Below are positions 30,881-40,657 of a DNA stretch of 64,000 nucleotides, piece by piece. A model generated the notes under the pieces. The model saw only the letters and a list, made by a program, of their open reading frames with translations. It made no database searches and had not been told where the DNA came from. The DNA is taken from the NCBI GenBank assembly GCA_965216325.1, contig OZ244160.1, positions 1,952,001 to 2,016,000 of the forward strand, given 5' to 3'. Made by a program: the position numbers and the translations under genes. Source of the stretch: Coraliomargarita sp. (GTDB taxonomy: Bacteria > Verrucomicrobiota > Verrucomicrobiia > Opitutales > Coraliomargaritaceae). Position 1 is the stretch's first letter, and each line of letters opens with the position of its first letter.

Positions 30881-31855
30881 CTATGTTTGAGATGTTGAAG
30901 GAGCCGGCACCCCAAAGAGGCGGCGCAGTTGTGCGACGGTGGGTTCGCCGTTGCTGATCATCAGCATCGGTGCGGCGAGCCGACGGAAATGCTGTTCGAG
31001 GCGTTGCTGCTCATTGTGATAGTCGTTGGTGAGTTGCTCACGGACGCGCGTGTCGTTGAATTGGATTTCGCGATGTTGCGTGCCATTGCTGATCGCGAGT
31101 GCATCGGGGAATCCGTCGAGGCGTGACGCGTCGTGAGTGAGCAAGGCCAGGACATCATTATGCTCGGCGATTTGAGTGATCAGTTGCTCGCTTCGCGCAT
31201 CAGCCGAAGACATGTCCGAAATAATCACGACGAGCACATCGTGTTTCGCCATTTGCTTGGCACGTTGTAGTGCTTTGTTGAATACGTTGTGATCTGTCTC
31301 GGCGTTTGTCTGGAGGCTGAGGGCATGGTTCATGCGCACGAGCTCGCCAAGTATTTGCAGAGCAGTTTGTTCGCTGCGCTGCGGGTGAAAGGCTCGAATG
31401 TCTGTATCGTTGAAAAGCACCGCACCTGCGCGGTCGCCGGATGCTAAGGCACGCCAGACGCCAACTGCTGAGCACTCGGCTGCGGTGACTGACTTCATCT
31501 GACGCTTGGTTCCGAAGAACATGCACTTACGCTGGTCGACCACCATGAGCACGGCGCGGTCCTTTTCTTCAGCGCAGACGCGGACGTGGGCTTTGCGTGT
31601 GCGTGCGGTGACTTTCCAGTCCATCGCGCGAATGTCGTCGCCCTGTTGATAGCGGCGCAGTTCGGCAAAGTCCATGCCGCGTCCGCGTAGTTTGGAGCCA
31701 TAGCGCCCGTTCAGTACGCTGGTGACCGGTTGCTGTGGGCGCAGGGAGAAGTCCTGTGTTTCGAAACGTAGCCGCACCAACGAATCCAAGTCGGTGTAGG
31801 CTCCCTCACGATCTTCGGAGCTCGCATGTTTACGCTTTAGCAGATTCCAGTTCAT
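30881..31855 (-). CDS. DUF58-family protein
   Basis: GRGMDFAELRRYQQGDDIRAMDWKVTAR, IISD. Confidence 0.92.
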   Translation of the reverse strand: MNWNLLKRKHASSEDREGAYTDLDSLVRLRFETQDFSLRPQQPVTSVLNGRYGSKLRGRGMDFAELRRYQQGDDIRAMDWKVTARTRKAHVRVCAEEKDRAVLMVVDQRKCMFFGTKRQMKSVTAAECSAVGVWRALASGDRAGAVLFNDTDIRAFHPQRSEQTALQILGELVRMNHALSLQTNAETDHNVFNKALQRAKQMAKHDVLVVIISDMSSADARSEQLITQIAEHNDVLALLTHDASRLDGFPDALAISNGTQHREIQFNDTRVREQLTNDYHNEQQRLEQHFRRLAAPMLMISNGEPTVAQLRRLFGVPAPSTSQT

Positions 31856-31859
31856 ATTT

Positions 31860-31926
31860 CAGAGGACAGAGGACAGAGGACAGAGGACAGAGATCTGATT
31901 TCGGATCTCCGGTTTTCGGCCTCTGA
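31860..31926. repeat. (CAGAGGA)4 heptamer tandem with a degenerate inverted heptamer arm
   Basis: Four perfect units at 31860-31887, then CAGAGA, then TCTGATT TCGGATC TCCGGTT TTCGGCC TCTGA. Confidence 0.85.
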
Positions 31927-31930
31927 GCAG

Positions 31931-32899
31931 TCAGGCGACCGCTACATTCTTAAGTAAGGTGTTGATGACCTCGTCGGTAGTCACGCCATCTGCTTGGGCT
32001 TCGAAGCTCAGTAGGATGCGATGACGCAGGCAGTCGTTGGCGACAGCGCGGATGTCTTCGATGCTGACTAGGTCGCGTCCGTTCAACCATGCGTGTCCAC
32101 GGGCGCACTTATCCAAGGCAATCGAGCCACGTGGGCTGACACCCACTTGAATGTATTTGGCAATCGTCTCGCTGGCTGCGCTTTGGCCGCGGGTGGCTGC
32201 GATCAATTCGACGATATAGCGTTCCATTGGCTCGGCGATGCGGACCTTGCCGATCTCTTTACGCGCTTCGAAGACCACCGCTTGCGACATCGGGCTGCTG
32301 CCTTCGGCGCTGCCGTGATTACTGCCTTCACCACGCACGAGGCGCACGATCTCTAATTCAGATGAGATATCCGGGTGAGAGATAAAGACGTGCATCAAGA
32401 AACGGTCCATCTGCGCTTCGGGCAGGGGATAGGTGCCTTCCTGCTCGATCGGATTCTGGGTGGCCATCACCATGAAGAGCTCCGGCAGCTTGTGTGTGCT
32501 GCCAGCGACAGTGATTTGCCGCTCTTCCATCGCTTCAAGTAATGCGGCCTGAACTTTCGCGGGTGCACGATTGATTTCGTCGGCGAGCACAATGTTGGCG
32601 AAGATCGGCCCTTGTTGAAAGGCGAAGCGCTCACTGGACTGCTCGCCCAGATACATCTCGGATCCAGTGATGTCGGAGGGCAGTAAATCGGGTGTGAACT
32701 GGACCCGGCTGAAGTCGGCCTCCATGTTTTTGGCCAGGCTTTTGACAGCTCGTGTCTTAGCGAGCCCCGGCAGGCCTTCGACGAGCACATTGCCATCGCA
32801 GAGTAGGGTTAAGAGCAGTCGTTCAACAACCGCAGGCTGCCCGATGATCGACGCCTGCATGTGTTTTTGGAGTTCTAGGATTTGGTCACGGGCGGTCAT
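31931..32899 (-). CDS. MoxR-family AAA+ ATPase
   Basis: EGLPGLAKT, RVQFTPDLLPSD, LADEINRAPAKVQ, ATQNPIEQEGTYPLPEAQMDRF. Confidence 0.95.
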   Translation of the reverse strand: MTARDQILELQKHMQASIIGQPAVVERLLLTLLCDGNVLVEGLPGLAKTRAVKSLAKNMEADFSRVQFTPDLLPSDITGSEMYLGEQSSERFAFQQGPIFANIVLADEINRAPAKVQAALLEAMEERQITVAGSTHKLPELFMVMATQNPIEQEGTYPLPEAQMDRFLMHVFISHPDISSELEIVRLVRGEGSNHGSAEGSSPMSQAVVFEARKEIGKVRIAEPMERYIVELIAATRGQSAASETIAKYIQVGVSPRGSIALDKCARGHAWLNGRDLVSIEDIRAVANDCLRHRILLSFEAQADGVTTDEVINTLLKNVAVA

Positions 32900-32965
32900 A
32901 AAAAATGGACGTGCTGTGCTGTATGAGTTTTGTAGAGTTTCCCTGAGCGATTTGACTTCACGAAG

Positions 32966-33520
32966 CTATTCTTCGAGTTGGGCAACAGTCGTGCTGAGCA
33001 TTTCGAATTTCTCATGGTCAAGCATTATGGTCCATTCACCTTGCTGCCTTCTAAAGCCTTGGACTTCGATTAGTTTAATTCCGTCGCTCGTGGTGAATTC
33101 GTATACGATGAATTTTTTCTTTTGGATCTCAGCAGTGACTCCCAGAACTTGCCAACTTGCTCCTGCCTGCTCTTCTCGAATTGAATTCATTTTTTCAAGT
33201 GAGACGTCTCCAACGATTCCAAATGCAGTCTTGAGTGCATTTCTATAAACTTCCTTCGGAGTGGTCTCACGGATTTCCGTGGAAGAATTCGCCCAGCCAA
33301 TAAGTGTAAAAACCTGCGGGATGTTTTTCTCTTCGGCGAGGACGGCTGCTTTCAGCACAAGCGCCTTGTAAGCTTCGAGATCTTCTGGGCACGCATGGTC
33401 AACAATATACTCAAAATCTAGCTCGAGTAGCGCGGAGAGACCTTCGTCGAACAAAATTTCAGGTTCTTTTGCGCAAACAAAACACTGTAGTGCTAGGAGG
33501 GTGACTAGGAGATGTTTCAT
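32966..33520 (-). CDS. Hypothetical exported protein
   Basis: 184 aa with signal peptide, co-oriented with the cluster, AT-richer than its neighbours. Confidence 0.7.
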   Translation of the reverse strand: MKHLLVTLLALQCFVCAKEPEILFDEGLSALLELDFEYIVDHACPEDLEAYKALVLKAAVLAEEKNIPQVFTLIGWANSSTEIRETTPKEVYRNALKTAFGIVGDVSLEKMNSIREEQAGASWQVLGVTAEIQKKKFIVYEFTTSDGIKLIEVQGFRRQQGEWTIMLDHEKFEMLSTTVAQLEE

Positions 33521-33603
33521 CGTGAATGTGGAAGGTCTATTTTAGGTAACCCATTCTCTCAGGCCGTCAAAGCCCGTTTGTTTCTGTATCGGGCCTGTGG
33601 CAT

Positions 33604-34800
33604 TTATCCAAACCAGCCGAGGAAGGTGCGGATGATCAACGCGTTCGCGATATCGACGAAGAAGCCGCAGACCAGTGGCACTATAATGAAGGCTTTATGT
33701 GCTGCGCCGTAGCGTTTGGAGACTGCAGTCATATTGGCCATCGCAGTGGGAGTTGAGCCGAGCGATATTCCGCCGAATCCGGAGCAGATGACGGCGGCTT
33801 CGTAATCACGCCCCATCAAGCGGAAGATGACGAGCAGTGCGAATCCAAAGGCGAGCAGGAATTGCGCTGTTAGAATCCCGAGTATTGGGGCTGCTAAGTC
33901 GATTAGCGTCCAGAGTTGTAGGCTCATGAGTGACATTGCCAAGAACATGCCGAGTGCGACGTCTGAGATTAACGCAAGCGAGGGAGATCCGGCAGGCCAT
34001 TCGATTTGAGGGAAAATGCGCGGAATTGTATTGGTAATGATGATGCCGCCGAAGAGGCAGCAGACGAACATGGGCAGGTCCAAGCCAGCGGTTTCTAGAC
34101 CTTCTTGTATGAGCGCACCCAGAGTGAGGCACACGTTGAGGAAAAACCAAGAGCGCAGAATCGTGTGCATATCGATGCGCTTGTTCTCTTCTCCATGAAT
34201 CATGCCGACGTCGGGTTGTTTAGCAACTTCCGGTTCGAGCTTGTGGCGTTTGATCAAAATATTCGCGATGGGGCCTCCCATCAAAGAGGCGAGCACGAGA
34301 CCAAAGGTGGCGCATGCGATTCCAATCTCACTGGCGTTGGCGATGCCGTAGGTGTCGCGGAACTCGGGAGTCCACGCAATTGCGGTGCCGTGGCCACCGA
34401 TTAGTGAGGTGGTCCCGCCAAGGACTCCGACTGCAGGGTCGAGTCCAAATGCAGTTGCGACACCTACTCCGGTGAAGTTTTGTAAGAACATGTAGACCAC
34501 TGTTGCAGCGATCAGTATGATTAAGGGGAGGCCGCCAGCGATTAGGCTGCGGAGGTCTGAATTGAGCCCGATTCCTGCGAAGAAGTATACGAGCAAGACG
34601 TCGCGGGCAGCGAGATCGAAGGACAATTCGATGCCCGTGATCAGATAAAGCAGAAAGGTGAGTAGGCAAACCAGTAGCCCACTGCTGACTGGTTCGGGAA
34701 TATTAAACTGACGTAGCAGTGTGACTCGTTGGTTGAGCAATTTCCCGATGTAAAGGACAAGAATGCCAAGGTTGAAAGTCGTCAGTAGATCGATTTGCAT
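33604..34800 (-). CDS. gltS: Sodium/glutamate symporter family protein
   Basis: FNIPEPV, GGHGTA, ACATFGL..GGP, GSTPTAMANM, AFIIVPLVCGFFVDIAN. Confidence 0.88.
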   Translation of the reverse strand: MQIDLLTTFNLGILVLYIGKLLNQRVTLLRQFNIPEPVSSGLLVCLLTFLLYLITGIELSFDLAARDVLLVYFFAGIGLNSDLRSLIAGGLPLIILIAATVVYMFLQNFTGVGVATAFGLDPAVGVLGGTTSLIGGHGTAIAWTPEFRDTYGIANASEIGIACATFGLVLASLMGGPIANILIKRHKLEPEVAKQPDVGMIHGEENKRIDMHTILRSWFFLNVCLTLGALIQEGLETAGLDLPMFVCCLFGGIIITNTIPRIFPQIEWPAGSPSLALISDVALGMFLAMSLMSLQLWTLIDLAAPILGILTAQFLLAFGFALLVIFRLMGRDYEAAVICSGFGGISLGSTPTAMANMTAVSKRYGAAHKAFIIVPLVCGFFVDIANALIIRTFLGWFG

Positions 34801-34844
34801 TTGTAGAGTAGTTAAGGCGTCTTCGTTTAGCAGTTGAGTTCTGT

Positions 34845-37800
34845 TTAGTCGTTTTTACGTATGCCGTGCAAGGTCGCATAAAAGGTCGGCACAATTATCA
34901 TTGTAAGCATGGTGCCAAATGCGAGTCCTGCCATAATAGTCACACTCATCGCGACCCAGAAGATATCCTGCACGAGTGGGGCGACCCCGAGCACGGTTGT
35001 TATGGCACCGAGCATCACCGGCCGTAGACGCGAAATGCCGGCATCGACCACCGAGTCGTAAGCTGACTTGCCGAGCTCGCCGTTGGCGTTGATTTCGTCG
35101 ATGAGCACGATTGCATTCTTGATCATCATTCCTGCCAGACTCATGGCCCCAAGTAGTGCCATGAACGAGAAGGGCTGCCTGAAGCCGAGCAGACCCAGTG
35201 TTATCCCGATGAGTGCTAGTGGGATCACTCCAAAGATGATCACCGGTGGTTTCCACGCGTTGAAGAGTGCGATGACGATAAAGAGCATGATCACAAAAGC
35301 TGGGATCATTCCTGGAATTAGCGACTCTTGTGAGTCGACGGTGCCAAATTGCTCTCCTCTCCATTCAAGCCGATAGCCCGGTGGCAGTGGGATCGCTTCA
35401 AATTCTTTTTGGACTTCAGCGAAGAGTGTCGGGAAGGTTACTTCGTTCGGCGCCGCTTGAACTGTAATCGCGCGGCGGCGGTTCCAGCGCACGATGATTG
35501 GATCTTCCCATTCTGCCGCGATGCCATTGACCACTTCATCGAGTGGCACTGTGTTTGGGCTGAGGGTGGGTCTTACCTGTAGAGTGTTGATGGTATCTGC
35601 AATGCGCTCACGTTCGGCCTGTTCGAAGCGCACGACGACTGGCTGCAGTTGGTCCCCTTCACGGTAGATGCCAACGGGGAGACCGTCATAGGCGGCCCGC
35701 GTGGCTTCGGCGATGTTGACGCGTGAGACGCCAGTCCAACGCCCACGATCGGAGTCGTAGTCGGCAACAATCTTGCGACTGCGTTGGCGCATGTCGGTGC
35801 GGATGTCTTTTGCCATCGGTGTTCCGCGCAGGATTTCCATGCCTTGATCGGCGAGCTCGCGTAGCACCTGAGGGTCAGCATTGGCTGGTCCGCTGAAGCG
35901 TGCCTCGAAGGGCCAGGTGAAGCCGGGGCCTGCGGTGTATTTGCGCACGCGAATCATTGCCTGTGGATTTTCCTCCTGCACCCATTGGTTACAGTCAGCG
36001 ACAAGCCGGTCGACGCTTTTAAGGTCTTTGGTATTTACGATGAGTTCACCGTAAGTTTGGTAGGGCAGCTCTGGGTCAACGGGGAGGTAGAAACGCGGTC
36101 CGCCGGAGCCGACGAACATACTTACGGACTCGACACTCTCATCTTTAAGGAGTCGGTCTTCGATCGGCTTGAGGTCAGCGGCGACTTGTTGCGTGCGTGT
36201 GCCTTCGGGGGCCCAGTAGTTGACCATAAATTGTGCGCGTGTGGCATCGGTGAAGAAGACGCGGTCGACATACTTGAAGCCGAAGATTGCAACCAGGAAG
36301 GCCAAATATACTCCCCCCATCACCAAGTAGCGGTGCTTGATTGAGCCCTCTAGTAGCTTGCGGTATCCGCGGAAGAAACGGCTGTTGTATTCGTCCACCT
36401 CTTCGACGTCTTCGCTCGACTTGGACGGCTTGAGCATCGCCATGCATTGGAGTGGTGTGAAGGTGAGCGCGATTAGCCAGCTAAAGAGCAGCGAGATGCC
36501 CACAACTACGAAAAGTGCGCCAGCATACTCACCCGCATCGGCTGTCGCAGAATAAATGGGGTAGAATGCCATGACCGCAATGAAGGTCGCACCGAGCAGT
36601 GGAATGGCAGGGCGGGCTGCGGCGTTGAGCGCAGCTTCGCGGGGTGCGACGCCTTTTCGGAGAGCCACTGCGTAGTTGTCCGCGACCACGATCGCGTTAT
36701 CGACCATCATGCCGAGGGCGATGACCAATGAGCCCAGAGAGACTCGGTGAAGATCGATTTCCATGACCGCCATCACAATAAAGGTTCCAAGGATGGTGAG
36801 CACCAGTGCGGTGCCAATGATGATGCCCATGCGCAGTCCCATGCCGATCGCGACCACGATGAGCACAATCGCAATCGCTTCCAGTAGGTTGACCATGAAG
36901 CCGTTGATGGAATCCTCGACCAGTTTTGACTGCCATGCGATGCGTTCGACTTCGATGCCCACGGGGAGGTGTGGCAGGATTTCTTCTAGAGCACTCTCGA
37001 GTGCTTTGCCTGTGTCGAGAATGTTGCCGCCAGTGACGTTGGCGATCGATAGCGCTAGGGCTGGCTGGCCGTTGAAGCGCATTTGTGTCATCGGTGGTTC
37101 CAAATAGCCGCGTCGAACGGTTGCCACGTCACGCACGCGGATGATCTCTTTGAACTCGCCTACAGGAGTCAGGGGTTCTGCGGCCGGAATACTTGAGAGC
37201 ACAGAAGGGAAATCCGCATAGATTGGCAGGTTTTCGATGGTTTCGATAGAGTCAAGGTCACCCGTTATTTGGATGCGCATACGCTGGTCTTGCATCTCTA
37301 TTGCGCCCGCATCCAACACTAGGTTCTGTGCTGTTAGATTAGCAAGTAAGGTGTCGGACGAAATGCCGAGTTGGTTCATTTGCTGTTCCGAGACATCTAC
37401 ATAAATGACCTTTGGCTGCACCCCCCAGAGTTCGACGCGACTGACACCGGGCACTAGATTGAGTTCTTTTCGTATGGCTTTGGTGTAATCCTCGAGTTCT
37501 GCGTAGCTGTAGCCGTCTCCAGTCACTGAAAGCACGAATCCATAGACAAAGCTAAAGTCGTCCATGACATTGGGTTTGCCGCTGCCGGGGGGTAATTGTG
37601 GGCGAATGTCGCGAATCTTCTTGCGCATCTCATCCCAGACTTGTGGCAGTCGGTCGGCCCAATATTCCTGCTTGATGTCGACCTTGATGACAGAGAGCCC
37701 AGCTTTGGACAGGGAATACACGAAGCGCATCTGCGGCATTTCTTGCAGGGCTTCTTCGATTTTGTTGGTGACTTCCTGCTCAACTTCTTCAGGCGATGCG

Positions 37801-37961
37801 CCCGGATAGTTCGTCACAATGACTGCGGTCTTTACGGTAAAGTCGGGGTCTTCCAGTTTGCCGAGGCCGAAGTAACTTGCGATACCGCCGATAAAAATCA
37901 GGATCGCGGCGAAGTAAGTGACTGTCTTGTTGGTGATGGCGTAATCAACGAGCTTTTGCAT
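34845..37961 (-). CDS. RND-family efflux permease
   Basis: LEDPDFT..YPGASPEEVE, LGMMVDNAIVV, GMMIKNAIVL, RLRPV; ~1038 aa. Confidence 0.93.
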   Translation of the reverse strand: MQKLVDYAITNKTVTYFAAILIFIGGIASYFGLGKLEDPDFTVKTAVIVTNYPGASPEEVEQEVTNKIEEALQEMPQMRFVYSLSKAGLSVIKVDIKQEYWADRLPQVWDEMRKKIRDIRPQLPPGSGKPNVMDDFSFVYGFVLSVTGDGYSYAELEDYTKAIRKELNLVPGVSRVELWGVQPKVIYVDVSEQQMNQLGISSDTLLANLTAQNLVLDAGAIEMQDQRMRIQITGDLDSIETIENLPIYADFPSVLSSIPAAEPLTPVGEFKEIIRVRDVATVRRGYLEPPMTQMRFNGQPALALSIANVTGGNILDTGKALESALEEILPHLPVGIEVERIAWQSKLVEDSINGFMVNLLEAIAIVLIVVAIGMGLRMGIIIGTALVLTILGTFIVMAVMEIDLHRVSLGSLVIALGMMVDNAIVVADNYAVALRKGVAPREAALNAAARPAIPLLGATFIAVMAFYPIYSATADAGEYAGALFVVVGISLLFSWLIALTFTPLQCMAMLKPSKSSEDVEEVDEYNSRFFRGYRKLLEGSIKHRYLVMGGVYLAFLVAIFGFKYVDRVFFTDATRAQFMVNYWAPEGTRTQQVAADLKPIEDRLLKDESVESVSMFVGSGGPRFYLPVDPELPYQTYGELIVNTKDLKSVDRLVADCNQWVQEENPQAMIRVRKYTAGPGFTWPFEARFSGPANADPQVLRELADQGMEILRGTPMAKDIRTDMRQRSRKIVADYDSDRGRWTGVSRVNIAEATRAAYDGLPVGIYREGDQLQPVVVRFEQAERERIADTINTLQVRPTLSPNTVPLDEVVNGIAAEWEDPIIVRWNRRRAITVQAAPNEVTFPTLFAEVQKEFEAIPLPPGYRLEWRGEQFGTVDSQESLIPGMIPAFVIMLFIVIALFNAWKPPVIIFGVIPLALIGITLGLLGFRQPFSFMALLGAMSLAGMMIKNAIVLIDEINANGELGKSAYDSVVDAGISRLRPVMLGAITTVLGVAPLVQDIFWVAMSVTIMAGLAFGTMLTMIIVPTFYATLHGIRKND

Positions 37962-37980
37962 GAAATGTGGGGGGCTCGGA

Positions 37981-39048
37981 TTAAAGTTGTTCGTCCAGCA
38001 GGCGCACTGTTTGACCTTCGGTGAGCGAGTGCACTCCAGCGGTGACGACCCATTCGCCTGGCTTGAGGCCTTGAGTGGTGACCATGCCGTAGCGTGAGAA
38101 GCGGTCCACGCTGACTTGCCTTTGGTGAACGGTGCCAGTTGTTTCGTCAAAAATCCAAACGTAGGAGTCTTGCGATTCATTTGGAGAGAAAATGGCCGAA
38201 GCCATGATCGTGATGCCTTCGTCTAGGCGAGATGCTGGAAGTTCTGCGGTGATGCTCACTTGGCCTGCCATTCCTGCGAGGATTTGGGCGCTCTCGGGTT
38301 GGTCCATGCGTAGAGTTACTGGGTAAGTGCGTGTCGTGAGACTAGCTTCAGACCCGACTTCGGTGATCCATGCCGACACGGTCAGCCCCGGAAAAGCGGC
38401 AAACTGGACCTCGATGCTGGTTACATGCGGAACATCCGGGATCATACTTTCTGGCACATCGATCACCATCTCTACTTGCGAGATATCTAGAAGGCGCATG
38501 ACTCGTTGCTTCGCCAAGGTGTTTTCAAAATTTTCCAGATAACGCGCGACCACAGTGCCAGCGAACGGAGCCCTCAAGGTAGTGTCTTCCAGTTGTTTCT
38601 TAGCGATCTTGACCATCGCTTCAGCTGCATCAGCCGCTGCGGTGGCATCCGTTAGGTCCTGCTCCGCGACTGCGCGCGTTTCGAGTGCTTTGGCGATACG
38701 TTCCCGTTGAGCACTCGCCCGAATGAATTCGGCTTCCGCGCGAGCGAGGCTATTTGCGTAGTCGCGAGGATCCAGAGATGCCAGTTCCTGCCCTTCGTCT
38801 ACGGCATCACCGACACGCACCGGCATCGTGATTATCCGGCCAGGCACTTCAAATGCGACGGAGACTTCGCGTTTGGCTTTTGCTTTGCCGGTGAAGCTGA
38901 CTTTTGCCAAGCGGTCGGGTTTTCCGACCTGCATGGCTTTGACGGGGCGGATGCTTTCGGTTTCGGGCTCTGGTTTTGAGCAGGATGTGCAGATAACTGC
39001 AGAACAGAGTAAAAGCCATGTGGCTAAGGTAAGGCGATTTGATGGCAT
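37981..39048 (-). CDS. RND periplasmic adaptor (MFP), probable lipoprotein
   Basis: Lipobox-like ICTSC, RPVK, VRVGDAVDEGQ, LRAPFAG, TRTYPV, GLKPGEWVVTAG. Confidence 0.92.
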   Translation of the reverse strand: MPSNRLTLATWLLLCSAVICTSCSKPEPETESIRPVKAMQVGKPDRLAKVSFTGKAKAKREVSVAFEVPGRIITMPVRVGDAVDEGQELASLDPRDYANSLARAEAEFIRASAQRERIAKALETRAVAEQDLTDATAAADAAEAMVKIAKKQLEDTTLRAPFAGTVVARYLENFENTLAKQRVMRLLDISQVEMVIDVPESMIPDVPHVTSIEVQFAAFPGLTVSAWITEVGSEASLTTRTYPVTLRMDQPESAQILAGMAGQVSITAELPASRLDEGITIMASAIFSPNESQDSYVWIFDETTGTVHQRQVSVDRFSRYGMVTTQGLKPGEWVVTAGVHSLTEGQTVRLLDEQL

Positions 39049-39156
39049 CGGGCGGTTCCTCCGAGTGGTTGTGTGGAATGGTGAGTAGTTTAGAGTTGTT
39101 GTGTGGAATTTCAATTTCTGTGGAACATTTGCGATAAGCGAAGCATTCTGACCGAA

Positions 39157-40524
39157 CTAAAAGCTCACGGCGTAGTTAATAATCACGCGGAAATCGCGAA
39201 TGTCGCGCCCATCGACGCTACCGATGGCATCGCGTCGTGCATAACGGAGTCGGATCTTGAGCTTGTCGTAGTTGGGTGGGGCGTATTCGAGGTTGAGGTC
39301 GAGCTCGCGTTGGTCGGGGCTGGCGTTGCTACCGCTGTCGGGGGTGTTGCCATAGCCCCACTTGACGTTTGCGCTAAAAGGGTTGAGGTAGGGGCCGTCG
39401 AAATCGTAGCTAAGACTGGCACCGATTGAGGTCTCTTCGGCGCGGTCAAAGTCGGCGAGCATGATGGAGTTGAAGCTAGGTGAGCCGCCCCATGGTTTAC
39501 GGATATTGCCGCCCGAGCTGGTGTAGGTGGTTGCCAGTGCAGCGGTGAATTGACTAAAGGTATTGATGCACTTCAGCCCATAATGTTGAGTGCTGAAATC
39601 GCCGACGAGCTCGTCGCCGACGCTGTCCTGACTGGTGAACTGAAACGCGATATTCGTGGTAAAGCGATTGAAGAGTCGGCGGGTCTCGTTGGTTTCTAGA
39701 TAGAAGGTGTTGTAGATGTTGGGGGTGTAGAGGTTGACCACGCCGATGTTGAAGTCGTCGCTGAAATTGTAGTGAAAGCCAGCCGCAAACATGCCCTCAT
39801 TGCTGTCTTCGGCGCCTGCTTGCTCGGACATCGAGACGTAATCACTACTGTTGCGGAAGCGGATTTGATTCACATAGCCAAAGCCAAACTGTGCTGATTC
39901 AAATCCGTTGTAGAGCACGCTGTAGGCTTCGAATGAATTCGGAGTCATTCGAACGTCATTGGTGTTCAGATATGGTAGATCAAGCAATTGTAAGCCTAGG
40001 GTAACGTCGAGAGAGCCAGCTTTCAGGTCGAGGTAGGCCTCACCCAGCACCGAGTAGCTCTCCTGCTCGGGCTGTAGAAGCCCGGTTCCGTCTCGGGAAT
40101 CCGGACCGTAGAGCTTTTGTGAGGTGTAGGCGGATAAACTTACTGCAGCTAAGTTTTTATAATAGCCTGTGGTGAAGCTGAGATTGCCGCCAGTGGTAAG
40201 TGCCTCTACTTTGCGACCATTATCAAGGTCGGCATAGCGATAATAGGTCCGGGGGCGGAGCTCGTAGACCGCATCATCTACAAAACGTATGCCAGTTTTG
40301 GGGAACCACTCTCGTAGTTGCATTAAGTGCTTTTGTGGGTCGATGCGCTTGTTGTTGAAGCCCAGATTCTGTGTCGAGCTGGTCGAAGCCTCGGGTGCGC
40401 CTGGGGCCTGTGTGTTGGCGGAAACGTATTCGGGGAGGCCAGCCGCCAAGATACTCTGGCCCATGGAAAGCAGGGCCGCGCTTACAGCGCACAGGTGTGC
40501 AATCGTTCGTGGAACTCGAGTCAT
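39157..40524 (-). CDS. OprD-family-like outer-membrane porin
   Basis: Signal peptide; LGEAYL, DVRMTPNSFEAY, ELDLNLEY, IRLRYA, DFRVIINYAVSF C-terminus. Confidence 0.8.
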   Translation of the reverse strand: MTRVPRTIAHLCAVSAALLSMGQSILAAGLPEYVSANTQAPGAPEASTSSTQNLGFNNKRIDPQKHLMQLREWFPKTGIRFVDDAVYELRPRTYYRYADLDNGRKVEALTTGGNLSFTTGYYKNLAAVSLSAYTSQKLYGPDSRDGTGLLQPEQESYSVLGEAYLDLKAGSLDVTLGLQLLDLPYLNTNDVRMTPNSFEAYSVLYNGFESAQFGFGYVNQIRFRNSSDYVSMSEQAGAEDSNEGMFAAGFHYNFSDDFNIGVVNLYTPNIYNTFYLETNETRRLFNRFTTNIAFQFTSQDSVGDELVGDFSTQHYGLKCINTFSQFTAALATTYTSSGGNIRKPWGGSPSFNSIMLADFDRAEETSIGASLSYDFDGPYLNPFSANVKWGYGNTPDSGSNASPDQRELDLNLEYAPPNYDKLKIRLRYARRDAIGSVDGRDIRDFRVIINYAVSF

Positions 40525-40657
40525 GCAGTCAGATGGGTTTGGGTAGCATGGAGTAGTATGGATTCCTTTGACAGGCTGTCAAAACTACGCCGTAAAAGTT
40601 TAGCTTTTTGTCCCTCCGCTGTTTGACGATGATCTAGAGCCAACTATCTGTGGTTAG

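Noticed and set aside
31860..31894. Tandem repeats as a possible CRISPR array (also 22182-22258 and 19768-19921)
   Set aside because: Units are 6-10 nt with no repeat-spacer periodicity, and there are no cas genes.
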